Source of the DNA: Cirrosporium novae-zelandiae
Taxonomy: Eukaryota
NCBI GenBank assembly: GCA_026023565.1
Contig: JAPETS010000012.1
Coordinates: 434,001 to 498,000, forward strand
DNA: 64,000 nt
Direction of reading: 5' to 3'
Position 1 is the first letter of the stretch; each line of letters starts with the position of its first letter. The notes under the pieces are model-generated. The model searched no databases. It had not been told where the DNA came from and saw nothing but the letters and a program-made list of their open reading frames with translations. Shown here piece by piece: positions 24,948 to 38,044 of this stretch. The position numbers and the translations under genes were made by a program.

Positions 24948-27163
24948 ATGTCAACCTCGACGGATAGCCATTCAGCGAATCACAACATTGGCATCTCAGT
25001 CCCATTCCAGAACTGGAGCCACGATAGGCTATTCAACGCCGTGCAGGACTTTATCCAAGAATCAGGCTTAAATGATCATACAGACTATTTACTTCGAGGG
25101 GCCTTTCTTGCTCAGGACCCACATGCCTTTGATCATGATCGGCGTCGCGATGATGGTCTTGGTGTGAGGGATGAAGAAAGGGTATGGTTGGATTTGGAAT
25201 ACAGTGAAAAGAAGATCGACAAATTTAAGCAGCCGTGGTTACTCTATCTCCTCGTTGGTTGCTGCTCTCTAGGAGCAACAGTACAAGGATGGGATGAAAC
25301 AGCTGTTAATGGAGGTATAAAACCTCCCCGCAGTTTAGGTGCGGCACTGATGAATCATGATTGTAGCTCAGGTTTTCTACGAAGAAACATTCAATTCAGG
25401 GCGTGCTGTTGATCTCTCCCCTGCTATTCTATCCTTGATTAATGGTGCTCCATATCTGCTTTGCGCTTTCTCATGTTGGTTCGTGGGCTTTTCACTTTCA
25501 GATTACGCCGTCGCTATTCAGTATTAGCTAATTAGACATAAACCACAGGCTTAACTATCCTCTTAACTATTATTGGGGTAGACGAGGAACTATTTTTTTC
25601 ACGTGCATAGTTTCTTCAGTCTCCTGTTTAGGGCAAGCTTTTACGCCTAGCTGGCAAGCTCTCTTTGCCGTAAGACTTGTTCTAGGCTTGGGTATTGGCC
25701 CGAAAAGTGCAACAATACCTATATATGCAGCCGAATGTGCACCATCGCAGGTGCGAGGGTCTGTTCTTCAATTTCTTTGAATAATTAAGATTCTTGGTAC
25801 TAATTTTGTCGCTAGGGCGCTCGTAATGATGTGGCAGATGTGGACAGCATTTGGAATAATGTGTGGATGTATTAGTGGAGTAATATTTGGAACAGTGATC
25901 AAAAGTCATGACCTAGCATGGAGATTAATCCTAGGAAGCCCAGTAAGTAGGAGCTACACTCTTCTTTGCTAGTATTTAAATAACTCGCGAGTTTAAAGAT
26001 GATTCTTCCGATAGTAGTAGTTCTCTATGTCTTCACTCTGCCTGAATCACCTCGATGGCTTCTCCTCAAAGCACATGATGGTGACAAAACGAAATATTCC
26101 AAGGCATTTGACTCCCTATGTCAATTACGCAACTCGAAACTCCAAGCCGCACGGGACTTGTTCTTGATGAACCACCTTCTCAAAGTGGAGAAGGAAATCT
26201 GGAATGAGTCGCATCGTTTCCGAGAACTCTTTACTATTAGAAGAAACAGACGCGCTCTCATAGCTAGTCTCATAACAATGTTCTTCCAGCAATTCTGTGG
26301 CGTCAACGTACTAGCTTACTACTCGACCTATGTACTCACAAATAATGCTCACTGGCGCCGTAACCAAGCACTTGTCGCATCAATGGGCTTCGGTATAATC
26401 AATTTCCTTTTTGCTCTGCCTGCGGTTTGGACAATTGACTCCTTTGGTCGCCGAAACCTTCTTCTGACAACATTCCCATTCATGGCATTATTCCAGGCAC
26501 TGGTAGCAATCTCCTTTGTTTTTGAAAAAGGAAGCACAACCCAGACTGCACTACTTTTAGTTGGCATGTATCTATTCAGTGTTGCATATTCTCCAGGAGA
26601 AGGGCCTGTGCCATTTGTTTATAGTGCAGAATCAATGCCCTTGTACAATAGAGATTTAGGTAAGAGCAAACCCCCTCATACCCTTTCAAGGCTTATAGGA
26701 ATTATCAGGCATGGGTCTCGTCACATCGGTCACCTGGCTCTTCAATTTTACCCTCGCTATCAGTTTCTTGCCATTTCAGGCCAGCAGTGCTGGCCCCACT
26801 GGTGCATTTGGTTTCTACGCAGGATGGAACATTGTCGGATGGTTTGCTATCTTACTGTCAGTCAACAATAGCATTGCCCCTTTCCCATATTACCTCAAAC
26901 CTAACTTCCCCACCCCTCTCTCTAGCTTCGTTCCCGAAACCAAAGGCCTCACCCTCGAGGAACTCGACGACGTGTTTAAGATAAGCACCTGGAAGTATGC
27001 CACCTACGGCCGGAAGCAAGCCGAGTGGTTTATCAGAAGATACCTATTCGGACAGCTCATTCCGAAGCCAAAGTTGCCCATTCCGACAGAAAGCATCAGG
27101 GAAGAAGAATATAATATGGAAACCAGCTGGCCGCAACCACCACATAGCAAAGATGATGCCTAA
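24948..27163 (+). CDS. MFS sugar porter (polyol/myo-inositol transporter-like), multi-exon
   Basis: Motifs GATVQGWDET, WGRRG, GIGPKSATIPIYAAEC, PESPRWL, QQFCGVN, DSFGRR, YSPGEGPVPF.YSAE and PETKGLTLEELD. Confidence 0.93.
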
Positions 27164-27565
27164 CAATAGGTATTTCCAGGAAATTTTGGATCAAAGTGTC
27201 GCTTTTCAGATCAGAAATTCTATTTTATTGCCCAGTTCCACAAGAAGGGAGGGTATGAATTTTGGGAAATTGAAGTATGGTATGATATGATGTTGATATA
27301 CTTTATATATGCAATAATATTCACGTATCTAGCAACAACTCTTGGAAGAAGGGTGCTATGCGGGACTCCTTAGGAAACTTTGCCTTCAAGAACTTTTTGG
27401 TGAGACAGAGAGCTTTATAGGATTGATCAGGGTGCTTAATCTATGCTCTCCCTTTTTCTTTTTAAAGAAATGAAAGATCCATCTCCTTTCTGCACATGTT
27501 TAACCTATCCTAGCTGGCCTATCCCAAGCCTCAGATTAATCCACTCCACCGATCATCCTTTCCAT

Positions 27566-27978
27566 AGAGAACTAACCCCCCCCCCTCCCAAAAAAAACAA
27601 TATCCCTACGATTATAAAAAGGGAGCGAGCGAGAAACGAAGACGTACTACTAGTACCCAAGTTCTTAGAATCCCCCCCCCCCCTCAAAAAAAAACGAACT
27701 CCTAGTCTATGTATTAAACGAAACTAGGAGGTAGAAATGAAAGAGACTAGGTCCAAAGGTAGGATTGGGGAAGTGGTTCTAGGGAGAGGGCTTTAAGGGG
27801 AAAATTGGGTTTTGATAATAATTTGAGTTGATGGGGGGCCTGCCTTGAAGTCTAGAGGATAAAAAGTTAATTTACGGGTATATAAAAAATTAACTTTGTT
27901 TGAAGGGTTTTCTTATGGTTACTTCTCTAGGATTGTTCTTTTAGGAGGGGGGGGGTTAGTTCTCTTTCATTTCTACCT
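27566..27978. mobile_element. Degenerate inverted-repeat (MITE/foldback-like) element
   Basis: AGAGAACTAA-C-run-TCC..AA.AACAA at 27566-27600 is the imperfect reverse complement of ~27932-27965. AGGTAGAAATGAAAGAGA at 27729-27746 is the exact reverse complement of 27961-27978. Confidence 0.5.
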
Positions 27979-28038
27979 GTTGTCGAAAGTATAAGAGCAA
28001 ATAAAATCAATTACGCATCCCCCCCTATATCATCCATC

Positions 28039-30438
28039 TCAAAGCCTACTCATCTCCCCACTCCCACCCTCACCCAAAGCCCTCCTCCTCGCCTCCTCAA
28101 CAACCAACCCCGCACATCTCTCCCCAATCAAATAAGCATTAACCTGCGTATGATTAGTCGTCAAGATCGGACACACGCTCATATCCGCAACCCTCAAACC
28201 ATCTAGTCCCAGCACCTTAAAACTCGCATCCACGACCCTCTCCGGGTTTGAAGCAGAGCCCATGGCACAGGCACCCATGCTGTGGAAGCCCTGGGTGAGG
28301 TTCTCGCGGATGAAGGATTCGAGGATGGGGATGTCGGTGGCGGGGGAGGCGAGATTTGAAGGGTTTGAGGGGCTGCGGGGCCCGTGGAGGACGGAGCGAA
28401 TGATTGATTTGAAGGCTGGGGTTTTGGAGAGTTTGAGCATTTGCTTGAGGGTTTCTAGGGCGGTGAGTTTGTCGAGGGGGTGGCTGAGGTATTTGGGGTC
28501 GATTGTTGGTAGGTCGCGCGGGTTGGAGGAGGCGAGTTTTAGGGTTCCGCGGGAGAGGTTGTTTTGGTTCAGGCCTTCGAGAACGAGGATGCTCGCGTCG
28601 GGGGGGCAGGGGCCCTGGTAGAAGAGTGGGCCTGAGTGCATCCAGACTTCTGTGTTTGGGCGTGTGGGAACAGTGAGAAAGTTCTGGGTTTTGGGGGGAA
28701 GGGAGGAGAATTCGGCGGATGCGAAGAGGGCGGGGAGTTTGGTGAAGATTATGGATGCCGAAGCTCCGAACATGGCTAAGGGGCCGGTTTGGCTGGATTT
28801 GTATTCTTTAGTGGCGGATTTGAGGGCGCTGGGAGAGTTTAGGAGTTGGTTGTGGCCTGCGATCGAGCGATCGATAATGAATTCGCAGGAAAAGGCGGAG
28901 TGGTCCAAGAGGTTTTTGCCTACGTAGGGCTGGTTGAGGATGGGTGGGATGCCGAGAGGGGCTAGATCTTCAGAAGGACCTATTCCAGAAAGGAGGAGAA
29001 GGTGGGCAGATTGGAAGCAACCAGCTGAGAGGATGACTTCGCAACGAGAATGGACATAAATAGGGTTATCTAAACCCTCTGGCTTTGTTGGAAGTAGGTG
29101 AACGCCATTTATCCTCTTACGATTAAAAATAAGACGCGAGCATATCGTGTTAGTCACGATTGTCAAGTTTTTCAAACGCCGTCGAGTATTATCACTGAGA
29201 AATGCGGTAGCGCTGGTAACTCTGACCCCATTATCGGTATTGAATTGAGCAACTGATATACCAAGGGGATTCCCATTGTTGTGGTCAGGGTTTATATCGT
29301 GGCCAGATTCTTGCGCAGCCGTGAGACAGTAGGGAATCAGGGGTTGCCAGATTTTATTGTAACCCACGGCAAATGGACTAGAGAAAGATGATTAGTGGGT
29401 ACACTGGAAATAAATGTAGTGTAGAACAAGATAAATGGAAAGCGAGTAAAGAATAGCATATGCTTACCCTCCTTTACCATGGGTGCTTTTAGCTGGTCGA
29501 GCATATTTTTCCATCCCTGATGGACAATCGGGGCGGAAGTCTTCCAACTGTTTCTATCAGCAATATCCACACTTAGATATGGAATCAGGAGCAATACATC
29601 TTTCAAAACTTCTAATACATTATCCCATTTCCACCATGAATCTCCAACAATCTCCGCCCAGTCATCAAAATCAGTTTTGGGGCCCCGAACCCATCCCATG
29701 AAATTATTTGTCCTAATAACTTGTTCAGACTTAGACGAATAGCATATACATAGTACTTACGAGCAGCCCCCGATGCCTCGACCTCTAGGATATGTGATGA
29801 TTCGTCCATTAAGTGTAGCTTGAGGGGTTGTAAGATAAAGCCAATTCCCAGCCTCACTCCCAAATTTTGGTACAGTGAGCCCTGGTATAAGATTATCGGG
29901 GTCCTCCTCCACATCGCCACCAGCTTCGACGAGGAGAATTTGACGGCCTGGAATTGCAGCTGCGATGCGAGCTGCAATGAGACATCCTGAGGTGCCCCCT
30001 ATTCCAGATGTCAGTAACTTTTGGGACGAGATGTTCGGTGGAAATAGATAGTGTTGACTAGAAAAGGAAAATATATTGATTAGGCCCAGTCTTCAAGTTT
30101 TTCTATCGACAATTTCCTTGGATGTATAAATGAATGCAATGGGGATAAATAATTTCCTTGAAAGTATGAGATGAAGTTCTTCAGATTCTCCAATCTCTAG
30201 TCGACACCTAAGGATTATAACCTTCACCAAAGCTCAGAGCAACAACGCGTTAAGGTCACGAAGAACTTCCCTTCTTCTTAATTATCTATATAAGTATCGC
30301 ACTTTTCTCAAACCATCTTTCTCTCCATCAAAGAGGGAAATACTAACCTCCAACGATAATATAATCAAAAGATTCGCCTTCAAGTTGTTTCAATGAGACT
30401 TTATTGGATGGAGAATCTGCCAGCTCCCAAGCAGCCAT
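28039..30438 (-). CDS. GMC (glucose-methanol-choline) oxidoreductase
   Basis: Exon 1 ..FDYIIVG, 349-nt intron 29999-30347, then GGTSGC (FAD binding), YPRGRGIGGCS, EVILSAG, LLLLSGIGP, VGKNLLDH, FHSMGACAMG, GLRVADMS and NHTQ. Confidence 0.93.
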
Positions 30439-32747
30439 TTTGCCCGAGGTCCGCCTTATACGTTGCCAAAGAGTTGCTTAAGGACAAGAGCAACCAAAGC
30501 TGAAGATAGACAAATTATGGAATAATGGTTATTTTGTCTTCTTTGAGAGATGGTCTCTTTTTTCAATAGGAAGCATCCTCTATTCGCTATCGGGGTTTGG
30601 ATTCAATCCATGATCTGTTGATACCCATTTTCGTCTATTGTTTTATTACCCCGCATTCTACTACTCGAGTACAGTATCCCCCCACCTTTCATCATCATCA
30701 AAGTTCAGGAACAATGTAGGTACGCAATGTGGAGTTGAAAGTTCGACTAAAGATCGTTCAACCCTTTATAATTTGAAAGCTTGTGTCAACGAGAATGGAA
30801 GATGAGATCCACTGGTCGTGTTTTGCTACTTATCTACAGCAGATATATCTGATAGGGTGACACTTCTTACCTACCCCACTCTTGAGGTTGATACATTGCG
30901 TTACTCAATAACTGCCAGGTTTCTCCAGTTACAACATGATTTCCGCGAAACCTAGCTCAGGAAACTGAAACTCTAGAGATTGGTAGTGTGAGCGGAGAGC
31001 TTCATTGAATTGTTTAGCAATTCAATTGTTGGCCATACTTCCAGGACAATGAAATCGGGCGTCAAGATTACCTTCCACAAGACCCTGGAAAGCCCTTAGG
31101 TTGAAGCACAAGATTTGGATGATCACTTTTCATGAATGAGGCCGTTCTCATGCTTGAAGGACTAAAAATAAATGGCTCGCTCCCGAGAAAGTGTCTGTAC
31201 TGGATGCGTTTGCTGCCCCAGATCCTACAATCTACAAGTAGTCCAAGGGCGTGGTTCTAGTTACCGGTTACGTTCGAGGATTGTTACCTTTGAAGCTCGA
31301 GACTTACCCTCTCTATTTACTATATTGCCTAGAATTATCCTTTTTTACTTGCTGCCTGTCCGTTTCTTGGTTCAATTTCTTCCGGTTGGGTTGGGATAAC
31401 GAAAATTAGTGAATTTTCTCCGCTCCATGCCAGGTTCATAGCGGTATGCCTCCCTCAATATACTGACTTGTCCTGTTATAGACTTGTCAATCGAGGCATT
31501 AGGGTTTCCTTGAGACTGCTAGAAGAGACATTCCACTACATATGTTTGCCAGAGGTGAAACAATAGGAAAGATACCTAGGTAGTCGAGCTTGATGGAAAG
31601 TACCTAGTGGTTATGTCTAGCCACACAGGCTTAGGTCTTGCCGCAGAAGGAATAGCTTAGACAAAGTTCTGTTGTGTGAGATAGACATGTGCTGTTCCTG
31701 ATTACGCCATAGCGCGTGACAATGTCAAGGATAACTTCTTAGAAGCATTGAAAAAAGCAACCTGGAAATGTTACGAGGGTAGCCCTAGAGCCACAAACAA
31801 AGTAGCGAGGATTGTGTACCGAGACATTGGGATAGAGCTATTTCCCTTCTTCAACCGCAAAAGATCTTCCATCAGCTTGCGAACTTCTCACTCAAGTATA
31901 TGAGGGTCCTCTTAGTCTATAGATAATATCTGAGGATCCTAGCGACATGTAATACATGAGAAAGAATACCTACTCCGAAAATATGGCCCTCAATGATACA
32001 ATGACTCATATTTCCATTCCCAACATTCCCTTTATAAGCTTCGTTGAAAGAAACTACCATGGGACGGCCGGTATCAACACATTTAGTCATCGTAAAAGCT
32101 TGGTTTGCGTGCTAAAGTCGGCAGAAGAAGGATCCGAATGAAGATATTCCAGTGGATGTCTTAGAGGGAATTTTTGTAAGCGAAATTAGAATTAATAAAC
32201 AAATCACATTTACAAGATAAGTATTACGAGCACAATTTTGGCTGAAAATTATATAAGCCCTTAACCGGGTTACCTCGGTGTATCGCCTAAGCCAGTGAGC
32301 TTCCTTTTTATGCCGTCGTTATCTCCTGTGCCCCCTCTAGTCAAGAGTGGATATTTCGAATGAAACGCGAGAGTGGATCACTGAATATCCACACATCTAT
32401 GCGGAAAAATAAACAAGCCTTTCCAGATCTAAGCACCAATCGCCACCACTTATCTAGATCTAATATGCTTACTGTATAATGTTAGTGTAATGTTAGTGGA
32501 ATAATTACCTCCAACACCTTATCATCATGGAAAATTTTAGCATTCCTTCATTGGCTCCTTGTGCTCCGCTCTTCTATCCAGACAATGGCCTCGCTTCCAT
32601 AAGTCTCCAGCATCTCCATGTTAATGATTTGAAACCAGAGGTATTTCGGGGGCCGATCGCTATCACCCACCATTTTTTATTTCACACGGAGTCTTTATTC
32701 TTGGGAATATAAAAACCCAAGTAGGCACATAAACAGAGCAAGCGAGA

Positions 32748-34442
32748 ATGATGGCCGATGTACCCCCAGCAACCCCGCCTAATCTAGCAGACCTCGAAAA
32801 AGGAGGAAACCCCTCTTTTGAAAATGATGCTGCGCAAACAGCCGCCAATATTCCCTCACAAGATTCTATTGACTCTGCGGCCAGTGACTCGAAACCGCTC
32901 AAGGCATTCTCCAAATGGAACGTACGCATTGAATCATTGTTGAGCCTAGAGGCGCGAGGAATAGAGCGTGTAGCACCCAATGAACGTCATTCAGTATCGA
33001 CATCACGATATGTGCAGATGACATTATTATGGTTCAGCGCAAACGTTACAGCAAATAATCTTTCACTCGCATTCCTAGGACCAATTGTGTATAAGTTAAG
33101 TTTCGTTGATGCTGCATTGTGCTCCGTATTCGGGTCGGCGTTAGGATCTCTTTTGTGTGCGTATATCAGTACTTGGGGACCAAGAAGCGGAAATAGGACT
33201 ATGGTATGCTGCCTCTCTTTTTTTGTTATTGAATATATTTTTGTTTTGCCAACTAAACCGTCCTTGCTTTCATCTCTTTCCTGACTGATAATCTGATTTT
33301 CATAATAGATTATCGCTCGTTACTTCATGGGTTACTACCCAAGCAAACTCTGCTGTCTTCTCAACATTGTCATCATGGCTGGGTACGGAATGATTGATTG
33401 TGTTATCGGTGGACAGATTCTCTCTGCAGTTGCTGATGGCCATATGACAATAATCGTAGGAATTATCATCGTCGCTATCATTTCTCTTGTCGTTTCCGTT
33501 CTCGGCATGTCTATATTCCACCTCTATGAACGTTGGGCTTGGATCCCGCAAGTCTTAGTACTGTTTGTTCTCATTGGAGCATCTGCAGGGAAATACGACA
33601 CCACTTATCCTTCAAGCGGCGATAGCACCACAGTGACAGCGAACCGCCTCACATTTTTCTCTCTCTGTTTGTCAGCCCCCGTCGCATGGACACCTTCGGC
33701 TGCAGACTACTACGTATATTATCCGGAAAACACATCCAGATGGCTAACCTTCTTCATGACCTCCCTTGGTCTTATCTTGGCTTCTTCCATCGTGGATCTG
33801 ATTGGAGTCGGCCTCGCATCGGCTTGCATCTCTAATTCCGCCTTTGAATCTGCCTACAACACCTCGTCCGGCAATCTCATTCTTCAGGGTTATAGGGCCG
33901 CTAATCTTGAAAACTTCGGGAAATTCTGTTGTGTAATCATTGCCCTGGGAGTTATCGCTAATAATATTCCTGGCACGTATTCGGCTGCCCTAGGCATCCA
34001 AGTCATGGGAAGATACCCAAAGCGTGTTCCTCGCTGGATACTTACCATCGCCGTTGTCATTGTCTACCTGGCATGCGCCCTTGGTGGCCGAAACTCTCTC
34101 TCAGAAATCTTCGAAAACTTCCTGGCTCTGATGGGTTATTGGGTAACGATATTCATCTGTATTGTCGCGGAAGAACACTTTATTTTCCATCGCAACCGTG
34201 AGTACGACTGGACCGTATGGGAAGACCCTAAGAAGCTACCTGTGGGCATTGCAGCGCTAGCAGCCTTCTTAATTGGATGGGCGGGGGCAATTGTCTGTAT
34301 GGATCAAGTGTATTATGTTGGGCCTATTGCAAAGTTGGTGGGCGCGGAAGGAGCAGATTTGGGGATCTGGGTCGGAAGTGCCTGGACACTGATTGTCTTT
34401 CCGCCAATGAGGATGCTAGAGTTGAAGTATATCGGACGGTAG
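32748..34442 (+). CDS. NCS1 purine-cytosine permease family transporter (FCY2/TPN1-like)
   Basis: Intron 33204-33308. Motifs LEARGIERV, LWFSAN, WGPRSGNRTM, GGQILSAV, ADYYVYYP, NNIPGTYS and FENFLALMGYW; many TM segments. Confidence 0.93.
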
Positions 34443-34610
34443 GAAGGGAGTGAGTCTGACCATTAAGTTATGATATTTGCGTTGCGTATATTCTCAGAAC
34501 AACTACGACTATAGATTCGTTAGACTAATTATTATTGTTTTCCAAGTTTGAACATCCACCTAACTTGGATGCAGGAGACAGATATCGGATTTTGCCATTA
34601 ATACGTCACT

Positions 34611-35008
34611 GATAAGATGATAAGGCCGGGCCGAGAAGCGGAGGTTTTCGGGGCACCATTTTATCCGAACCCGGATTACCCCAGCTTCTCTATCTCTTTA
34701 CTCCAACTTTTTCAGAACGAGTAAATCGATTTCATAACGGCATGGCTAGAACGATAGGATAACGAGATACTATCCGCTTGTACCTACTACGCCCTTTGAT
34801 CCCCTGCATAAGGGACCTGCATATTGCAACCGTCCCTCAAGTTAGATAACACGATGTAACTACCTTGAACTTGCTGACAATGGAAGGTTCGGAAATATAG
34901 CAATCATAGATTGACGATAACGATCACAGACTTGGATAGGAAACTCTATCCAGTTTTTTTCAGAGATCCAGTGGAGATATCTGCCTTGGCATGCTGACCT
35001 TACTTATC
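34611..35008. promoter_or_regulatory. Cluster of GATAR sites (putative AreA/NIT2 elements) upstream of the L-amino-acid oxidase gene
   Basis: GATAR at 34611, 34619, 34753, 34758, 34845 and 34916, and CTTATC at 35003; some occur as close pairs. Confidence 0.4.
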
Positions 35009-35161
35009 ACTCTCCAGCTCTCTTAGCATACGCGGCGTAATTCTCTACTTTTCATTGTAATCACGATTACTCACGCAGACCGCCGAAATTTGATAGCAGA
35101 ATGCAACTATAAGAGGTACGATGAATCTGAATGAATATTGGACTCCAGGCAGCTCATAATA

Positions 35162-37445
35162 ATGTGGTTCAGACTCTCCTCTCCGGTCGCCCTTGTGGCT
35201 GAAATTTCTCTCCTCTCCCAAGCTCTCGCAAGCTCAATACCGCGACCCTCGATTCAGTTCCTTGGTCCGTTGTCGTGCGAATCCAATGGTATCAGCAACA
35301 TTCATATAAAGTACCTTGGGCCATTGAATGGCGACTTGTCAATCCACTACGGATCGTGCGAGTACTCGGAGTCCACCCCAGATACTCATCACATCGTTGG
35401 GACAACAGTCGTAGGGGATCACCCCCTAGCAAAACGCCATGATACCTGGAGGGACAGACGGCCAGAGAAATTTGTATGGATAGTCCCAGACAATGTCCAA
35501 GATAGCGGATGCCTCCATGCCTATTCCAATGGGCGGTTAATTGGAAGCTCAGAGCCTATTGCGATGAAGAAAAGAATGGCCAGACGAAGCACTGCATTTG
35601 CCGATATTGCTGATGCTGAAGGTCCATGGTTTGATGGGGTGCAATATCTGAAAGAGAAGGAGCCAGGCTCGGTATTCGTCGCACAAGCCAAAAGCAAATC
35701 TATTGGAATTATAGGTGGAGGGATGTCTGGATTGATGAGCTCCTTGCTCCTGGACTCTGTTGGGATTCACAATTGGAAAATCATTGAAGCCAGTGGAAGA
35801 GTTGGTGGAAGAGTCCACACAAGTTATCTCAATGGCACCACTCCTGATCAATATCAGTACCAAGAAATGGGCCCCATGAGATTTCCTGTCAGCATCAAAT
35901 ACTCTGGCACCAACGACACCCTGGAAATCAAGGTACGCAAACTCACTTCTTTTCTTATACATCTCAAATATCATATTCTACAGTCTCAATTGTGTATGCA
36001 AAGCATTCACTGGGGTGATTTCCAAAAGAGTTCGACCAGGTGGTCAGACATCCCCCTCTTTTAGATCAATTAAGCCATTTCATTTGCTCCGGAAGAAAAA
36101 TTTATGCTTTAGTCATTGACTAAAAGTTTCTTAGGACCACAGAATGGTTTTCCAGCTCGCAGCCAAACTCAATGAAATGAACAACTACGACGAATCTCTA
36201 GCAGTAAACTTCATCAAATGGATCCAGTCCAGTGCCAATGAACCAGTCGATACGGATAAGCGTCGACCAGATGGCACAGTTCCCGGAGCGGCCGAAGTGT
36301 CTGCAAATCCTTCTCTAGCAACCGACGACACCGCAGGCTACTCCAATGCAACCATCACCGCAATGGATAACGCTGAAGATGCCTACGATGACTGGGTTGG
36401 CCTAGATGAAGACAAAATGCGTTCATTAGCTACGAATATTTTCCGCGCCCACAAGCAAGCCGTCGAGGACGGCCTATTTGATTTCTCGGAATCAGGCTAC
36501 CTTCGATACAAGCTAGCAGTCGATCTGAACATCACAGACATGGTGGACTCGACGGCAGATGTTAACCCATCCTGGCCCTACGAAAACGTCTACTTCTCAG
36601 CAACAAACTGGCGTACCATCGACAAAGGCCTCAGTCGCCTACCCGAAGCCTTCCACCCATTCGTCCTTAACCGAACGATCCTCAACACCACCGTCTCAGA
36701 GATGTCGTGGGACAACACGACAGAAAAGATGACAGTGAAATGGCGCACAGACCCCTTCTCCCTCAACACCTCCTCCTTAACCTTTGACTACGTCATCACC
36801 GCAGTCCCCTTCTCCAAAGTGCGACTCTGGCGCCTTCCAACCTACTCCTCCCTCCTCTCCCGCGCCATCGACACCCTCAACTACGAGCAAGCCTGCAAGG
36901 TAGCTCTGCACTACAAGACACGCTTCTGGGAGCACCTCGACTACCCCATCTACGGCGGCTGCGGCAGCACCGACATCCCAGGCATCGGCAGCATCTGCTA
37001 CCCATCCTACAAGATCAACTCTACAGGCCCTGGCGTCATCCTCGCAAGCTACAACTCAGGAACCTACGCCCGCACCCTCGGCAGCATGACGGAAGCCGAG
37101 CACGTCGGCCTCGTGCAGCGCGCCATGATCGAGGTCCACGGCTCCGTTGCCGCGGAACAGTGGACTGGAAACTATGACCGCATCTGCTGGGAGAACAACG
37201 AGTACCAAGCCGGCGCGTGGTGCTCCCCCATGGTCAACCAGCAGCAGCTATATCTACCCGCGTACTTCCATACCGAGTTACACACCGTCTTCGTCGGGGA
37301 ACATACCAGCTTCACCCATGCATGGATTTGGAGTGCCTTGGAGAGTGCCATCAGAGGCACCAGCCAGCTCTTACTTGATATGGGCTTGGTGGATGAAGCC
37401 AAGAATGTTACCACAGAATGGATGGCTAGATGGATGAATGTTTAA
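35162..37445 (+). CDS. Secreted flavin-dependent L-amino-acid oxidase / amine oxidase
   Basis: Signal-peptide-like N-terminus. Motifs IGIIGGGMSGL, EASGRVGGRVHT, EMGPMRFP, FDYVITAVP and FVGEHTS..HAWIWSALESA. Intron 35933-36134. Confidence 0.92.
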
Positions 37446-38044
37446 GTTGGAGGAGGAGGGGGATATGTTTTTGTTTATGATACCGCTTAACCTGCCTACT
37501 TACTCCATGTCAAATGTATATACACATATGAAAGAAAATGATGGACGATGGCCATATGAATGAAGAAGGAAGAGAAAGAGAAAAACAAAAGGCTCGATTT
37601 TTTATTTATCGATTTTCAACAACGATAACTAAAAAAAAAAGTTAAGAAAGGTTAATTATGATTTTTGATGTGCAATCAATGTATGTATATAACACCTCTC
37701 TAATATATATATATATACAACCACGAATTATGCCAATGAACAAAAGGGAAAGAAAAAGAAGAGGGGAGTTATCTTTTTGTGAATTGTCATTTTTTCCTGT
37801 TTTTAGGGGGGGGTGGCGGATAAGAAGGGAAAAAGTTATTACTACTACTATCATTACTATTAAGAAAATGGAGTTGGATTGAAACGGATTTAGGAAGGGG
37901 GAGAAATCCAGATATGGCCTGTCTCAATTTTTTCTATCTATTTATCAATTTGGTAACTTAGACCAAGAAAGGGGGTTTTAATATTCATAAAATTCATTTT
38001 TTTGTAGTTTTTTTTTTCATACGTCTTCTTTTCCTTCCTTACTT

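Noticed and set aside
24948..37445. Secondary-metabolite cluster (MFS, GMC, oxidase)
   Set aside because: No PKS, NRPS, terpene or RiPP backbone gene and no cluster transcription factor in the window.
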